From NCBI GenBank assembly GCA_965242525.1, contig OZ251459.1, forward strand, positions 1,856,001-1,920,000: 64,000 bases of DNA, in the 5' to 3' direction. Under the pieces are notes generated by a model. That model was not told the DNA's origin. It ran no database searches and saw only the letters and a program-made list of their open reading frames with translations. This DNA is from an uncultured Candidatus Binatia bacterium (lineage in GTDB: Bacteria; Desulfobacterota; Binatia; UBA9968; JAJDTQ01). Shown piece after piece: positions 9,619 through 19,114 of this stretch; the first letter of the stretch is position 1, and each line of letters opens with the position of its first letter. Both the position numbers and the translations under genes were made by a program.

Positions 9619-10866
9619 ATGCTGGACGGCTTGCTGAAAGACGTGGAGCGGCGCACCGGCTACTTCGGGGCCTACGGCGGCGCCTTTACCCCGGAGATCC
9701 TGCGCACCACCCTGGACGAGCTCGTGGCGGCCTTCGAGGCGGCGCGCAAGGACCCGTCCTTCTACGAGGAGTTCCGGGCGGTCATGCAGACCTACTCGTG
9801 CCGGCCGACCCCCCTCACCCGGCTGGAGAACCTGAGCGCCGTCCTCGGCGGCCCGCAGCTCTACCTCAAGCGGGAAGACCTCAACCAGACCGGCTCCCAC
9901 AAGATCAACAACGTCATGGGCCAGGGGCTGCTGGTGGCGCGCATGGGCAAGAAGCGCGTCATCGCCGAGACCGGCGCGGGACAGCACGGCGTCGCCACAG
10001 CCACCATGGCCGCCCGGCTGGGGCTGGCGTGCACCATCTACATGGGCGCGGTGGACGTGGAGCGGCAACGGCCCAACGTCTTCTGGATGGAGCGTCTCGG
10101 AGCGGAAGTGGTCTCGGTGGAAGACGGTTCGGGCACCCTCAAGGACGCCATCAACCAGTGCCTGCGGGACTGGGCCTTCTCCATGGACGACACGCACTAC
10201 GTGCTGGGCACCGCCTGCGGCCCGCACCCGTTCCCGCAGATCGTGGCCTATTTCCAGCAGGTCATCGGACAGGAATGCCGCGAGCAGATGATGGAGGCCG
10301 CGGGCCGGCTGCCGGACCGCGTGTATTGCTGCGTGGGCGGCGGCTCCAACGCCACCGGCACGTTCCTGGGCTTTCTCGACGACCCCGGCGTGGAGCTCGT
10401 GGGGATGGAGGCGGGCGGGGAAGGGCTCGAATCGGGCCGCCACGCCGCCCGCCTGGCGGGCTCGGACGGCAGCCCCGGTGTCGCCCAGGGCTACAAGACC
10501 TACTTCCTGCAAGACCAAGAGGGCCAGATGCGGCAGACCCATTCCGTGGCCGCGGGCCTGGACTACATCGGCGTGAGCCCGATCCTGGCCTGCCTGCGGG
10601 AGAGCGGGCGGGTCCGGTTCGAGGCAGCCACCGACCGCGAAGTCCTGGACGCGTTCCAGACGCTGCTGCGCCGCGAGGGGATCATCGCCGCGCTGGAAAG
10701 CTCCCACGCGGTGGCCGGCGCTATCCGCGACGCGGGCCGCATGGGCCGGGACCGGACCGTGCTGGTCACCCTGTCCGGACGCGGCGACAAGGACATCTTC
10801 ACCATCGCCGAGGCATTGGACGACCCGAGCTGGCGGCGGTTCCTGGAGCGGAAGACCGTCCGTTGA
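9619..10866 (+). CDS. trpB: tryptophan synthase beta subunit
   Basis: KREDLNQTGSHKINN (PLP Lys), ETGAGQHG, GGGSNA, AGLDY, LSGRGDKD. Confidence 0.95.
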   Translation: MLDGLLKDVERRTGYFGAYGGAFTPEILRTTLDELVAAFEAARKDPSFYEEFRAVMQTYSCRPTPLTRLENLSAVLGGPQLYLKREDLNQTGSHKINNVMGQGLLVARMGKKRVIAETGAGQHGVATATMAARLGLACTIYMGAVDVERQRPNVFWMERLGAEVVSVEDGSGTLKDAINQCLRDWAFSMDDTHYVLGTACGPHPFPQIVAYFQQVIGQECREQMMEAAGRLPDRVYCCVGGGSNATGTFLGFLDDPGVELVGMEAGGEGLESGRHAARLAGSDGSPGVAQGYKTYFLQDQEGQMRQTHSVAAGLDYIGVSPILACLRESGRVRFEAATDREVLDAFQTLLRREGIIAALESSHAVAGAIRDAGRMGRDRTVLVTLSGRGDKDIFTIAEALDDPSWRRFLERKTVR

Positions 10867-11678
10867 ACCTCCAGACCTACATCGAAGGCCGTCTCGGCTC
10901 GCGCACGATCCTGCTGATGACCCACGTCATCGTGGGCTACCCGTCCCTGGACGTGAACTGGCGGATGCTGGAGTCGATGGAGCGGGCGGACGTGGACCTG
11001 GTGGAGCTTCAGATGCCCTTCAGCGAACCCATCGCCGACGGCCCGCTCTTCACCCGGGCCAACCAGGAAGCCCTCCGGCAGGGCCTTTCCACGAGCCAGT
11101 ACTTCGACTTCATGCGGCGCGCCACCGAGCGGTTCGAGTTCCCCCACCTGATGATGGGTTACTACAACACCCTGTTCCGGCTCACCCACCGAACCTTCTG
11201 CGAGCGGCTGGGCGCGGCGGGGGGCGCGGGCTTCATCGTCCCCGACCTTCCCATCGAGGAGTACCACGACCTCTTTTCCCTGAGCGAGGCGCACCGGTTG
11301 ACGCCCATCGCCCTGTTCACCCCCACCAACTCCGATGCGCGCCTGGCGGAGATCGGCAGGCACGGCCGCGGGTTCGTCTATGGAGTGGCGCGCCGCGGCG
11401 TCACCGGCAGCCCCACCGACCTCAAGGCAGGGGTCGCCGCTCTCGCGGCGCGCTACCGGGCGGCCACCCATCTGCCCCTGGCCCTGGGTTTCGGCATCGC
11501 CGGCGGCGGCGACTTGCGCCAGCTCCACGGCAACTGCGAGATCGCGGTGGTGGGATCGGCCTTGCTGGACCATTGGGAAAAGGGCGGCGAGAGCGGCTAC
11601 CGCGATTTTCTCGAAGAGATCCAGCAGGCGCGCGCCGGAACCGCGCCGGGGTCTCCCGCGCGGAAGGCGGAGCCATGA
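10863..11678 (+). CDS. trpA: tryptophan synthase alpha subunit (divergent)
   Basis: TTG overlapping the trpB stop; VELQMPFSEPIADGP, MGYYN, VPDLP, GVTG, GFGI, VVGSA. Confidence 0.9.
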   Translation: MNLQTYIEGRLGSRTILLMTHVIVGYPSLDVNWRMLESMERADVDLVELQMPFSEPIADGPLFTRANQEALRQGLSTSQYFDFMRRATERFEFPHLMMGYYNTLFRLTHRTFCERLGAAGGAGFIVPDLPIEEYHDLFSLSEAHRLTPIALFTPTNSDARLAEIGRHGRGFVYGVARRGVTGSPTDLKAGVAALAARYRAATHLPLALGFGIAGGGDLRQLHGNCEIAVVGSALLDHWEKGGESGYRDFLEEIQQARAGTAPGSPARKAEP

Positions 11679-12625
11679 AAGCGGTCTTCATCCCAGAGAC
11701 CGGCGGCCCGGAAGTCCTCGCCTACGGCGACGTGCCGGAGCCGGAGACCGGCCCCGCGGACCTGCTGGTGCGGGTCAGGGCCGCGGCGCTCAACCGCCGG
11801 GACGTGTTCGCCCGCGAGGGGAGCCACGGAGTCAGGCCTCCCCTGCCCCACGTGCCGGGCCTGGAGGTGGCGGGCGAGGTGGCGGAGGCGGGGCCGGAAG
11901 CACGGGGGTTCCAGGTCGGGGACCGGGTCCTGGGGCGTTGCCGGAGCGGCGGTTACGCGGAACTCGCGCGGGTGGAAGCCGCGGACGCCTATCCCTTCCC
12001 GGACTGGATGTCCTTCGAGGAAGCGGCGTGCGTGGCTGTGCCCTTCGGCACCGCATGGCGCATGCTCGTGCGCCGGGCCGCGCTCGAATCCGGCGAGGAC
12101 CTGCTGGTCATGGCCGCGGGCAGCGGCATCGGCGTGGGCGCCATCCAGCTCGGCAAGCTCCTGGGGGCGCGGGTGATCACCACCGCGGGTTCGCAGTGGA
12201 AGCTCGACAAGGCCGCGGAACTGGGCGCGGACGCGGGCATCAACTACAGGGAGTTCCCGGAGTTCAGCCGCAAGGTCCGGGATCTCACCCGGGGCGAAGG
12301 CGTGCACGTGGTGTTCGAGCACATCGGCGCCGCGGTGTGGCGCGAGTGCTTCGCCAGCCTCCGGCGGGGCGGCCGCTTCGTCAACTCCGGGGTCACCGCG
12401 GGCCATCGCACGGAGTTGCACCTGGGGCAACTCTGGACTCGCGAACTGACGCTCATGGGAACCACCATGCGGCCGCGAGAGGACATGCCCGAGATCATGC
12501 GCCTGGTGCGCGAGGGGAAGCTGCGCGGCGTGGTGTCCGAGGTGCTGCCGCTGCGCGACGCCGGGCGCGCCCACGAACTCATGGAGCGGAGCGAGTTCTT
12601 CGGCAAGATCGTGCTGGCGCCGTAG
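11675..12625 (+). CDS. MDR-family quinone oxidoreductase / zinc-independent dehydrogenase
   Basis: GGPEVL, PGLEVAG, AAGSGIG, FGKIVL; ATGA coupling to trpA. Confidence 0.88.
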   Translation: MKAVFIPETGGPEVLAYGDVPEPETGPADLLVRVRAAALNRRDVFAREGSHGVRPPLPHVPGLEVAGEVAEAGPEARGFQVGDRVLGRCRSGGYAELARVEAADAYPFPDWMSFEEAACVAVPFGTAWRMLVRRAALESGEDLLVMAAGSGIGVGAIQLGKLLGARVITTAGSQWKLDKAAELGADAGINYREFPEFSRKVRDLTRGEGVHVVFEHIGAAVWRECFASLRRGGRFVNSGVTAGHRTELHLGQLWTRELTLMGTTMRPREDMPEIMRLVREGKLRGVVSEVLPLRDAGRAHELMERSEFFGKIVLAP

Positions 12626-12654
12626 GGGATCCCGCACATCGAGAGGATGGCCTG

Positions 12655-13602
12655 ATGCGGTTCGGAGTCATGGGGACGGGCGGAGTCGGAGGCTACTTCG
12701 GGGGGTTGCTCGCCCGGGCGGGGGCGCCGGTGTGCTTCATCGCCCGAGGCCCCCACCTGCGGGCGTTGCAGGAGCGCGGGTTGACCGTGGACTCGGTGGA
12801 GCCTGGCCCGTTCCACGTGCGGGACGCGCTGTTCACGGACGACCCTAAGGAAGCCGGACCCTGCGACGTGGTCCTCTACTGCGTCAAGACCCCTTCCAAC
12901 CATACGGCGATACCCTTCATGCGGCCCATGGTGGGCCCGGACTCCGTGGTCGTCTCGCTCCAGAACGGCGTTGACAACGCCGAGCTGCTGGCCCGTGAAT
13001 ACGGCGAGGCCCGGGTGCTGGCGGGAGCCGCCTACGTCTTCAGCGCGGTCGCGGGTCCCGGAAGGATCCGCCAGACCGCGGGGCCGCGGCGGATCGTCTT
13101 CGGCCCCCTGGGGAGCGGGAACGAGGACAAGGGCGAGGAGGTCGCGGCCGCGATGCGCGGGGCCGGGGTGGACGCCCGCCGGTCTTCGGACATCCGCGTG
13201 GAACTCTGGAACAAGTTCATACTCATCTGCGCGGTGAGCGGCATGACGGCGTTGACGCGGCGACCCCTCGGCCACGTCCTCGGCTACGACGGAACCGCGG
13301 GCATGGCCCGGGAGGTCATGCGGGAAGTCCGCCAACTGGGCTCGACCATGGGGGTCCCGCTGGCGCCGGACGCGGACGCCGCGGCGTACCGTTTCATGGC
13401 GCAGCAGGACCCTGCGGGCAAGGGCAGCATGTGCCACGACGTGGAGGCCGGACGGCGCCTGGAGATCGACTCGCTGTGCGGTTACGTCTCGCGCATGGGC
13501 CGTACCCACGGCGTTCCCACCCCGCTCAACGACTACCTCTACCACACCCTCAAGCTGGCGGACCTGGAAGCGGAGCGCAGACCGCGAGAACCAGCGTCGT
13601 GA
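12655..13602 (+). CDS. panE: 2-dehydropantoate 2-reductase family protein
   Basis: GTGGVGGYFG, SLQNG, LWNKF, SMCHD...LEID. Confidence 0.85.
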   Translation: MRFGVMGTGGVGGYFGGLLARAGAPVCFIARGPHLRALQERGLTVDSVEPGPFHVRDALFTDDPKEAGPCDVVLYCVKTPSNHTAIPFMRPMVGPDSVVVSLQNGVDNAELLAREYGEARVLAGAAYVFSAVAGPGRIRQTAGPRRIVFGPLGSGNEDKGEEVAAAMRGAGVDARRSSDIRVELWNKFILICAVSGMTALTRRPLGHVLGYDGTAGMAREVMREVRQLGSTMGVPLAPDADAAAYRFMAQQDPAGKGSMCHDVEAGRRLEIDSLCGYVSRMGRTHGVPTPLNDYLYHTLKLADLEAERRPREPAS

Positions 13603-14330
13603 CCGCCCTTCGCCAACGCACGGAAAAGGTCGCCGTCCACCGGGGCCTCCATGTCTCCGCGGTGGTGGCGGAACCCGCGGACTACCGTGCCGGCAAGACC
13701 GACGCGGTGGTGCTGGCCCACGGCGCGGGCGCCGGCATGGACCACCCCTTCCTGACGTTCTTCCACGAGTCCCTGGCCCGGGCAGGCTGGCTCTCCGTCA
13801 AATTCAACTTCCCCTACAAGGAGCAGGGTCGAAAGGCCCCCGACCCCGCGGCCCGGCTGGAAGAAGCGTTCGAGCGGGTGCTGGACCACGTGCGCGCGAA
13901 ACTGCAAGTCCCGACGGACCGGCTCTTTGCCGGCGGCAAGTCCATGGGCGGCCGCATGGCTGCCGCGGTGGCAGCCAGGGACGGGGCCGCGAAGGATGGA
14001 GCCGGAAAGGGTGAAACCGGAAGGGGGCTGGCCGGTCTGGTCTTCCTGGGCTATCCGCTTCATGCGCCCAAACGCCACGACCGGCTTCGGACCGACGACC
14101 TCCTCCGGGTGACCGTTCCCATGCTGTTCGTGGAAGGGACCAACGATCCCTTCTGTCGCCTGGACCTGCTCGCGGAAGTACTGGAACGGGTCAAGGCGCC
14201 GACCCGAACCCACGTCATCGATGGCGGCAACCACGACTTCCGAGTCCCCAAGCGTCAGGGCCGGGCGCCGGAAGCTGTCTGGCAGGAAGCGGTGGAGGCC
14301 ATCTGCCGATGGCGACGGTCAGCCGGATGA
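13599..14330 (+). CDS. alpha/beta hydrolase (KANL3/Tex30-like)
   Basis: LAHGAGA, GGKSMGG nucleophile elbow, GYPLH, GTND, GGNH. Confidence 0.88.
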   Translation: MTALRQRTEKVAVHRGLHVSAVVAEPADYRAGKTDAVVLAHGAGAGMDHPFLTFFHESLARAGWLSVKFNFPYKEQGRKAPDPAARLEEAFERVLDHVRAKLQVPTDRLFAGGKSMGGRMAAAVAARDGAAKDGAGKGETGRGLAGLVFLGYPLHAPKRHDRLRTDDLLRVTVPMLFVEGTNDPFCRLDLLAEVLERVKAPTRTHVIDGGNHDFRVPKRQGRAPEAVWQEAVEAICRWRRSAG

Positions 14331-14384
14331 ACCCGACCCGACACCCTTCACCGTGTAAACCATGTTACCGGTTTGTACCGTTCC

Positions 14385-14957
14385 CTACGGCGCGGCTTCC
14401 TTGCGGCGGGCGGCGGTGGTGACGACGGGGTCCACCGGCACGTCGCTGTGCGGCCCCCGGTTGCCGGTCTTCACCCCGGCGATCTTGTCCACCACGTCCA
14501 TGCCTTCGGCGACCCGACCGAACACCGCGTAGCCGAAGTCCCGCGTGCCGTGGTCCAGGAAAGCGTTGTCCTTCAGGTTGATGAAGAACTGGGACGTGGC
14601 GCTGTTGATGTCCGACGTGCGCGCCATGGACAGGGTGCCCCGCGCGTTCTTGACCCCGTTGTCGGCTTCGTTCTCGATGGGCGCCCGGGTGGGTTTCTGG
14701 TTCATGTCGTCCGTAAAGCCCCCGCCCTGGATCATGAAACCGGGAATGACCCGGTGGAAGATCGTGCCGTCGTAGAACTTCGCGTCCACGTAGTCGAGGA
14801 AGTTCTTCACCGTGACGGGAGCTTCCTCGGAGAACAACTCTATCGTAATGTCGCCTTGCGACGTGGAAAAGATCACCACGGGCCTTTCACCTCCCTGAGC
14901 TTCCGAATGGAACGCCGCAGCGCCCGACAACAACAAGAGCGCCGCCGTAAGGCGCAT
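14385..14957 (-). CDS. ppiA: periplasmic cyclophilin-type peptidyl-prolyl isomerase
   Basis: FHRVIPGFMIQGGG, SMART, SQFFIN, YAVFG; signal peptide. Confidence 0.92.
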   Translation of the reverse strand: MRLTAALLLLSGAAAFHSEAQGGERPVVIFSTSQGDITIELFSEEAPVTVKNFLDYVDAKFYDGTIFHRVIPGFMIQGGGFTDDMNQKPTRAPIENEADNGVKNARGTLSMARTSDINSATSQFFINLKDNAFLDHGTRDFGYAVFGRVAEGMDVVDKIAGVKTGNRGPHSDVPVDPVVTTAARRKEAAP

Positions 14958-15015
14958 GAACCTCGATACCGATCCATGAGTTCCCAAACCTTGCCTCCTG
15001 ACTCGAACCCGAAAG

Positions 15016-15873
15016 CTACGCTCCACCGGACCGTCGCCCATCCACCGCGACCCGGGCGAGTATCCAGTCCACCATCCGGGGCTTCCCCAGTATGACGTCG
15101 AAACGACGGTCGTCCGGTTCCCTGCCGGTCCTTTGAAAACATACGTAGCGGCCGCCGGCCTCTTCCATCAACACCTTGCTCGCCATGGTGTCCCAGAGAC
15201 GGAGGTCGAAATCCACCATGGCGCCCACGGAGCCCTCCAGGGCCAGGGCGTGGCCGAAGCAGTCGGTGTAGGTCCGCACCACGGGATGGGCCTGCATCAG
15301 CGCGTCGAACACGTCCGGCCGCCCGGCCGCGGCGAACTGTTGCCGGTCGCCGATGCCGATGATCTCGTCTTCCGGGGCCGCGTCTCCGGGCAGGTCCTCC
15401 AGGGTGACCGGCCGGCCGTTGCAGCGGGTCCCGAGGCCCCTTGCGGCGCTGTAGGTCTTGCCCAGAGCCGGCAGGTCGATGACCCCCAGGATCGGATCGC
15501 CGCGGTGGAGCAACGCCAGCAACGTGCCGTACAACGGCACCCCGTGCCGGAAGCTCCGGGTGCCGTCGATGGGGTCGATGACCCAGGTCAGGGCGCGGCC
15601 GCGGCGGTCGGCCGCGGGCAGCTCCTCGCCGATGACGCCGTGTGCGGGGAAGCGCGCGGCCAGGAGCGTCCGGGCCTTCTCCTCCACCGCGATGTCCACT
15701 TCCGTCACGAGGCTCCCGTCGGCCTTGGACCCGTGCGTGAAACCCTTGTCCAGCGCGGCCTCGATGAGCGTCCGCGTCTGGCGGACGATGCCGCAGGCCG
15801 CGGCAAGGACCTCTCGAAGCTCCTCCCCGGCCGGCGCGCCGGGGACGGAGGAACCCTCCGACCGGCCAGCCAT
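15016..15873 (-). CDS. inositol monophosphatase family (histidinol-phosphatase HisN-like)
   Basis: VTEVD, GEE, WVIDPIDGT, LWD, EEAGG. Confidence 0.85.
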   Translation of the reverse strand: MAGRSEGSSVPGAPAGEELREVLAAACGIVRQTRTLIEAALDKGFTHGSKADGSLVTEVDIAVEEKARTLLAARFPAHGVIGEELPAADRRGRALTWVIDPIDGTRSFRHGVPLYGTLLALLHRGDPILGVIDLPALGKTYSAARGLGTRCNGRPVTLEDLPGDAAPEDEIIGIGDRQQFAAAGRPDVFDALMQAHPVVRTYTDCFGHALALEGSVGAMVDFDLRLWDTMASKVLMEEAGGRYVCFQRTGREPDDRRFDVILGKPRMVDWILARVAVDGRRSGGA

Positions 15874-15937
15874 GGCGTCCTCGCACCGCATGGGGGCAAT
15901 ATACACGTCGGCGCGGAACCAGGGAAACGGACGCGGA

Positions 15938-16029
15938 CGCGGACCCGGTGAACGGACGGGGGCGCGGGTCGAGCTCGACCGGGAAGACCGGCCGCTGACC
16001 GCGGACCCGGTGGACGGACGGAGGCGCGG
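15938..16029. repeat. two 30-bp direct repeats (28/30 identical) around a palindrome
   Basis: CGCGGACCCGGTGRACGGACGGRGGCGCGG at 15938-15967 and 16000-16029; GGTCGAGCTCGACC at 15967-15980. Confidence 0.75.
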
Positions 16030-16073
16030 CTGTTAGGCTGCCCGAAGACAGCCGCCCGGCAAGGAGACCGCTC

Positions 16074-16832
16074 GTGGAACATGCCATCTTCGCCATGACC
16101 GTAGGCATCGCCGAGGACTGGCGCCGCTCCGGCATCATGCCGTGCGTGCGCAGCGACGAGGAGCGGGACCGCCCCGTCCCCTACATCATCTGGTGCATCG
16201 AGACCCCGGACGGCCCGGTGGTGGTGGACACCGCCTACCATCCCGACTACGTGACCGCGGAATGGGCCCAGGGGAACCAGTTCATGGAGCCGGCGCGGTT
16301 GCTGGGCGAGCTGGGCATACGCTCCGACGAGGTGGCCACGGTGGTGGTCACCCACTTCCACGTGGACCACTTCACCGGCTTCGACTTCTTCCCCAACGCC
16401 AGGTTCGTGGTCCAGAAGGACGAGTACGATTTCTGGACCGGCCCGATGATGCGCTTCGACTACCTGAACAAGCTGATCCGCCCCAAGGTGCGCCCGGCGC
16501 TCCAACGCCTGGTGGAGGAAGACCGCATGGTCCTGGTGGACGGGGACCACGAACTCGTTCCCGGAATCGAGTTGCTGAAGGCAGGCGGCCACACCCCCGG
16601 GTCGCAGATGGTGGCGGTGGAGACGGCCCGGGGCCGGGCGGTGCTGTGCGGCGACGTCGCCTACACCTACCGGAACCTGCGCGAACGGATCCCGGTGGGC
16701 TGGTACTTCGACCTGCCGGGCTCGGTGCTGGCCCTGGACCGGGCGCTTCGGACCGCGTCGCGCCCGGAGTTGTCGTTCCCCAACCACGACCCCGAGCTGA
16801 TGCAGGGCAAGAGGCTCCTCCGGGTCGCCTGA
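16074..16832 (+). CDS. metallo-beta-lactamase fold hydrolase, AHL-lactonase family
   Basis: THFHVDH (HxHxDH), GHTPGS, GDVAY, NHD; AAGGAG RBS. Confidence 0.85.
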   Translation: MEHAIFAMTVGIAEDWRRSGIMPCVRSDEERDRPVPYIIWCIETPDGPVVVDTAYHPDYVTAEWAQGNQFMEPARLLGELGIRSDEVATVVVTHFHVDHFTGFDFFPNARFVVQKDEYDFWTGPMMRFDYLNKLIRPKVRPALQRLVEEDRMVLVDGDHELVPGIELLKAGGHTPGSQMVAVETARGRAVLCGDVAYTYRNLRERIPVGWYFDLPGSVLALDRALRTASRPELSFPNHDPELMQGKRLLRVA

Positions 16833-17617
16833 TGGAACTCCGGCACGCCCTCACCGTGGCGCAGGAGGCGACCCGCCGGGCCGGCGCCGCCATCCTTTCC
16901 TACTACACGTCCCGATACGCCGTCCGCCACAAGAGCGGGGGCAACCCCGTGACCACGGCCGACATCGAGGCCAACACGGTCTTGCGGGAAGCGCTGCTCG
17001 GAGCGTTCCCCGAGTCCGGCTGGCTGTCGGAAGAGTCGCCGGACGACGGCGAGCGGCTGCGGAAGGAATGGGTGTGGATCGTGGACCCGCTGGACGGCAC
17101 CCGGGAGTTCATCCAGGGGATCGACGAGTTCGCCCTGTCCGTCGCGCTGGTGCACGGCGCCGCGCCGGTGCTGGCGGTGACCTACAACCCGGCCGCGGGG
17201 CGCCTGACCCATTGCCTCCGGGGCTCCGGCGCCTTCCTGAACGGGCGGCCCGTGCGGGTGTCGGAGCGCTCGCGGCTACGGGGGGCCACCGCGGTGGCCA
17301 GCCGGAGCGAGACCCGGAGGGGACTCATCCACGGGCTCGACGAGATCCTGTCCATCAGGCCCACCGGGAGCATCGCCCACAAGCTCGCGGAGGTGGCCGG
17401 CGGCCGCGCCGACGTGACCTTGAGCCTCGCGCCGAAGAACGAGTGGGACGTGTGCGCGGGAGTGCTGTTGGCGGAGGAAGCCGGCGCCAAGGTCACCGAC
17501 CTGGACGGGAGTCCCTTCTCGTTCAACCAGCCCGACACCCTGCGCAACGGGGTCATCGCCGCCAACCCGTCGCTCTACCCCGAGCTGTTCCGGCTCGTGG
17601 CCTCGCGCAGGTCGTGA
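16832..17617 (+). CDS. CysQ-like 3'(2'),5'-bisphosphate nucleotidase (IMPase family)
   Basis: PVTTAD, LSEE, WIVDPLDGTREF, EWDVCAG; TGATG coupling. Confidence 0.85.
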   Translation: MELRHALTVAQEATRRAGAAILSYYTSRYAVRHKSGGNPVTTADIEANTVLREALLGAFPESGWLSEESPDDGERLRKEWVWIVDPLDGTREFIQGIDEFALSVALVHGAAPVLAVTYNPAAGRLTHCLRGSGAFLNGRPVRVSERSRLRGATAVASRSETRRGLIHGLDEILSIRPTGSIAHKLAEVAGGRADVTLSLAPKNEWDVCAGVLLAEEAGAKVTDLDGSPFSFNQPDTLRNGVIAANPSLYPELFRLVASRRS

Positions 17618-17621
17618 CCGG

Positions 17622-17849
17622 TCACGGGCCGGCGACGTCCCGGAGCAGTTCCCGGGCCGCCTCGGCCTCTTCCTCCGGCACCTGGACCACCGCGGCAACG
17701 CCCGCGGCGCCCAGGCCGCCCCACACCGGCAACAGGGTCAGCGCCGATTCACCCTGGACCACGTAGCTCAGGCCGGCGCCGTCCAGGACCGACTTGACCA
17801 CCGCCAGGGTGGAGACGTCCGCGGTGCGGAACACGTCGGCATAAGCCAT
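17622..17849 (-). CDS. DUF2007-like small protein
   Basis: VVKSVLDGAGL.Y.VQGE...VQVPEEEAEAARELL; GAGGTG RBS. Confidence 0.7.
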   Translation of the reverse strand: MAYADVFRTADVSTLAVVKSVLDGAGLSYVVQGESALTLLPVWGGLGAAGVAAVVQVPEEEAEAARELLRDVAGP

Positions 17850-17871
17850 GGATCACCTCGGTTCACGGCAG

Positions 17872-18058
17872 GGAACGTCTGACCGATCGAGACAGGGGAG
17901 GCATGAGCGCGTCCTTCGACTTCGCTTCGCTACGCTCAGGACGAACGGGGACAGGAGCCGCCGCGCCATCTCGGACAGTCCCATGCTCGGGAGGAACGGG
18001 GGTGGGATGGTCGGGGTGAGGGAATCCATCCTCCATGTTTCGATCGTTCAGACGTTCC
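17872..18058. mobile_element. MITE of the same IS5-like family
   Basis: TIR GGAACGTCTGA(C/A)CGATCGA, 18/19 match; 31-bp REP at 17911-17941; no target duplication seen. Confidence 0.8.
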
Positions 18059-18093
18059 GTGTGACGAACGTAGCGGTCGCCGGGCCAGACGGT

Positions 18094-18834
18094 TCACGGG
18101 AGCGGCCCCCGGTCCAGTCCGCAAAGGTCGGGGACCGCCTCGGGTCCGGCGATGTCCAGCACCATCCGGGTCACCGAGATGCTGCCTCCCATGCAGACGT
18201 CCACGTCCCTGCCGGGTTGCCGCGGGCGCTCGTGGTATTCCCCCTGGTAGTGGAACGCGTCCCCTTCGTTCCGGTACGCCACGCCGAGGGGCCCGGTATC
18301 GAGGGCGCACGCCACCACTCCCGCGTGGTCGCCGGACACCAGGTGCGGCAGGTTCACGTTCCAGAACTCGCCCTGGGCCAAATCGAAGGCCAGGAGCCGC
18401 TGCAACAGCGGCGCCGCCCTGCGGCACACCGCATCCCAGTCCAGTTCCCGGCCCTTGGCGACGTACTGGGAGACGGCCGCGGCGCGGCGACCCAGCAGCG
18501 CGGCCTCCCGGGCCGCGGCCACGGTGCCCGAGGTGTAGATGTCCGCGCCCAGGTTGGCGCCCCGGTTCACCCCTGACAGCACCCACGACGCATCCGGCGC
18601 GAGCTCGGTGAGCCCGATCCGCACGCAGTCCGCGGGGCTCCCCTGAACGCTGTATCGTCCCGCGTCCACTTGCTCCACAGGGATGGGCCGGTCCGTGGTC
18701 ACCCGGTGGCCCACGCCGGACTGCCCTTCCGCGGGCGCCGCCACGACGGTCTCGGCCCACTCCCGCACCGCGCGTTCCAGCACGTGCAGGCCGGGGGCGT
18801 CGAACCCGTCGTCGTTGGTCAGCAACAGTTTCAC
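18094..18834 (-). CDS. surE: 5'/3'-nucleotidase SurE
   Basis: LLTNDDG, GSPADCV, SGVNRGANLG, SGTVAAAREA. Confidence 0.93.
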   Translation of the reverse strand: MKLLLTNDDGFDAPGLHVLERAVREWAETVVAAPAEGQSGVGHRVTTDRPIPVEQVDAGRYSVQGSPADCVRIGLTELAPDASWVLSGVNRGANLGADIYTSGTVAAAREAALLGRRAAAVSQYVAKGRELDWDAVCRRAAPLLQRLLAFDLAQGEFWNVNLPHLVSGDHAGVVACALDTGPLGVAYRNEGDAFHYQGEYHERPRQPGRDVDVCMGGSISVTRMVLDIAGPEAVPDLCGLDRGPLP

Positions 18835-18861
18835 GTGCTCGTCTCTTTCCGCAAGGATGGC

Positions 18862-19113
18862 GTCCTTCGACTTCGCTTCGCTACGCTCAGGACGAACGGA
18901 GTTTCTCGCTTCGCTCGGGAGGAATGGGAATCTCCGCTTTGCTCAGGGGTTTCTCGCTTCGCTCGGGAATGGGAATCTCCACTTCGCTCAGGGATGGATT
19001 CCCGCTTTCGCGGGAATGACGGGGCAGGCGTCTGCGGAGCAATGACCGCGTGACCCTTTTCGCTCCCCCTTCTCTCCTACCTTACTTACCCACTCGAAAG
19101 CCGGAAAGGTTCC
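18862..19113. repeat. composite REP cluster
   Basis: 31-bp REP at 18862-18892, two imperfect tandem units GTTTCTCGCTTCGCTCGGGA...GCTCAGGG, ATTCCC-N8-GGGAAT at 18998-19017, end CGGAAAGGTTCC; homologous in inverted orientation to 37604-37699. Confidence 0.78.
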
Positions 19114-19114
19114 T

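Noticed and set aside
9564-11678. Apparent 704-aa TrpA fusion, and similar extended ORFs (11335-13602, 30912-33425, 43738-45204, 57404-59491)
   Set aside because: N-terminal parts are off-frame reads through the upstream gene; true starts lie at coupled junctions.
15938-16029. CRISPR-like dimensions (30-bp repeat, 32-bp spacer)
   Set aside because: Only two repeats, very GC-rich, no leader, no cas genes, no typical repeat terminus.
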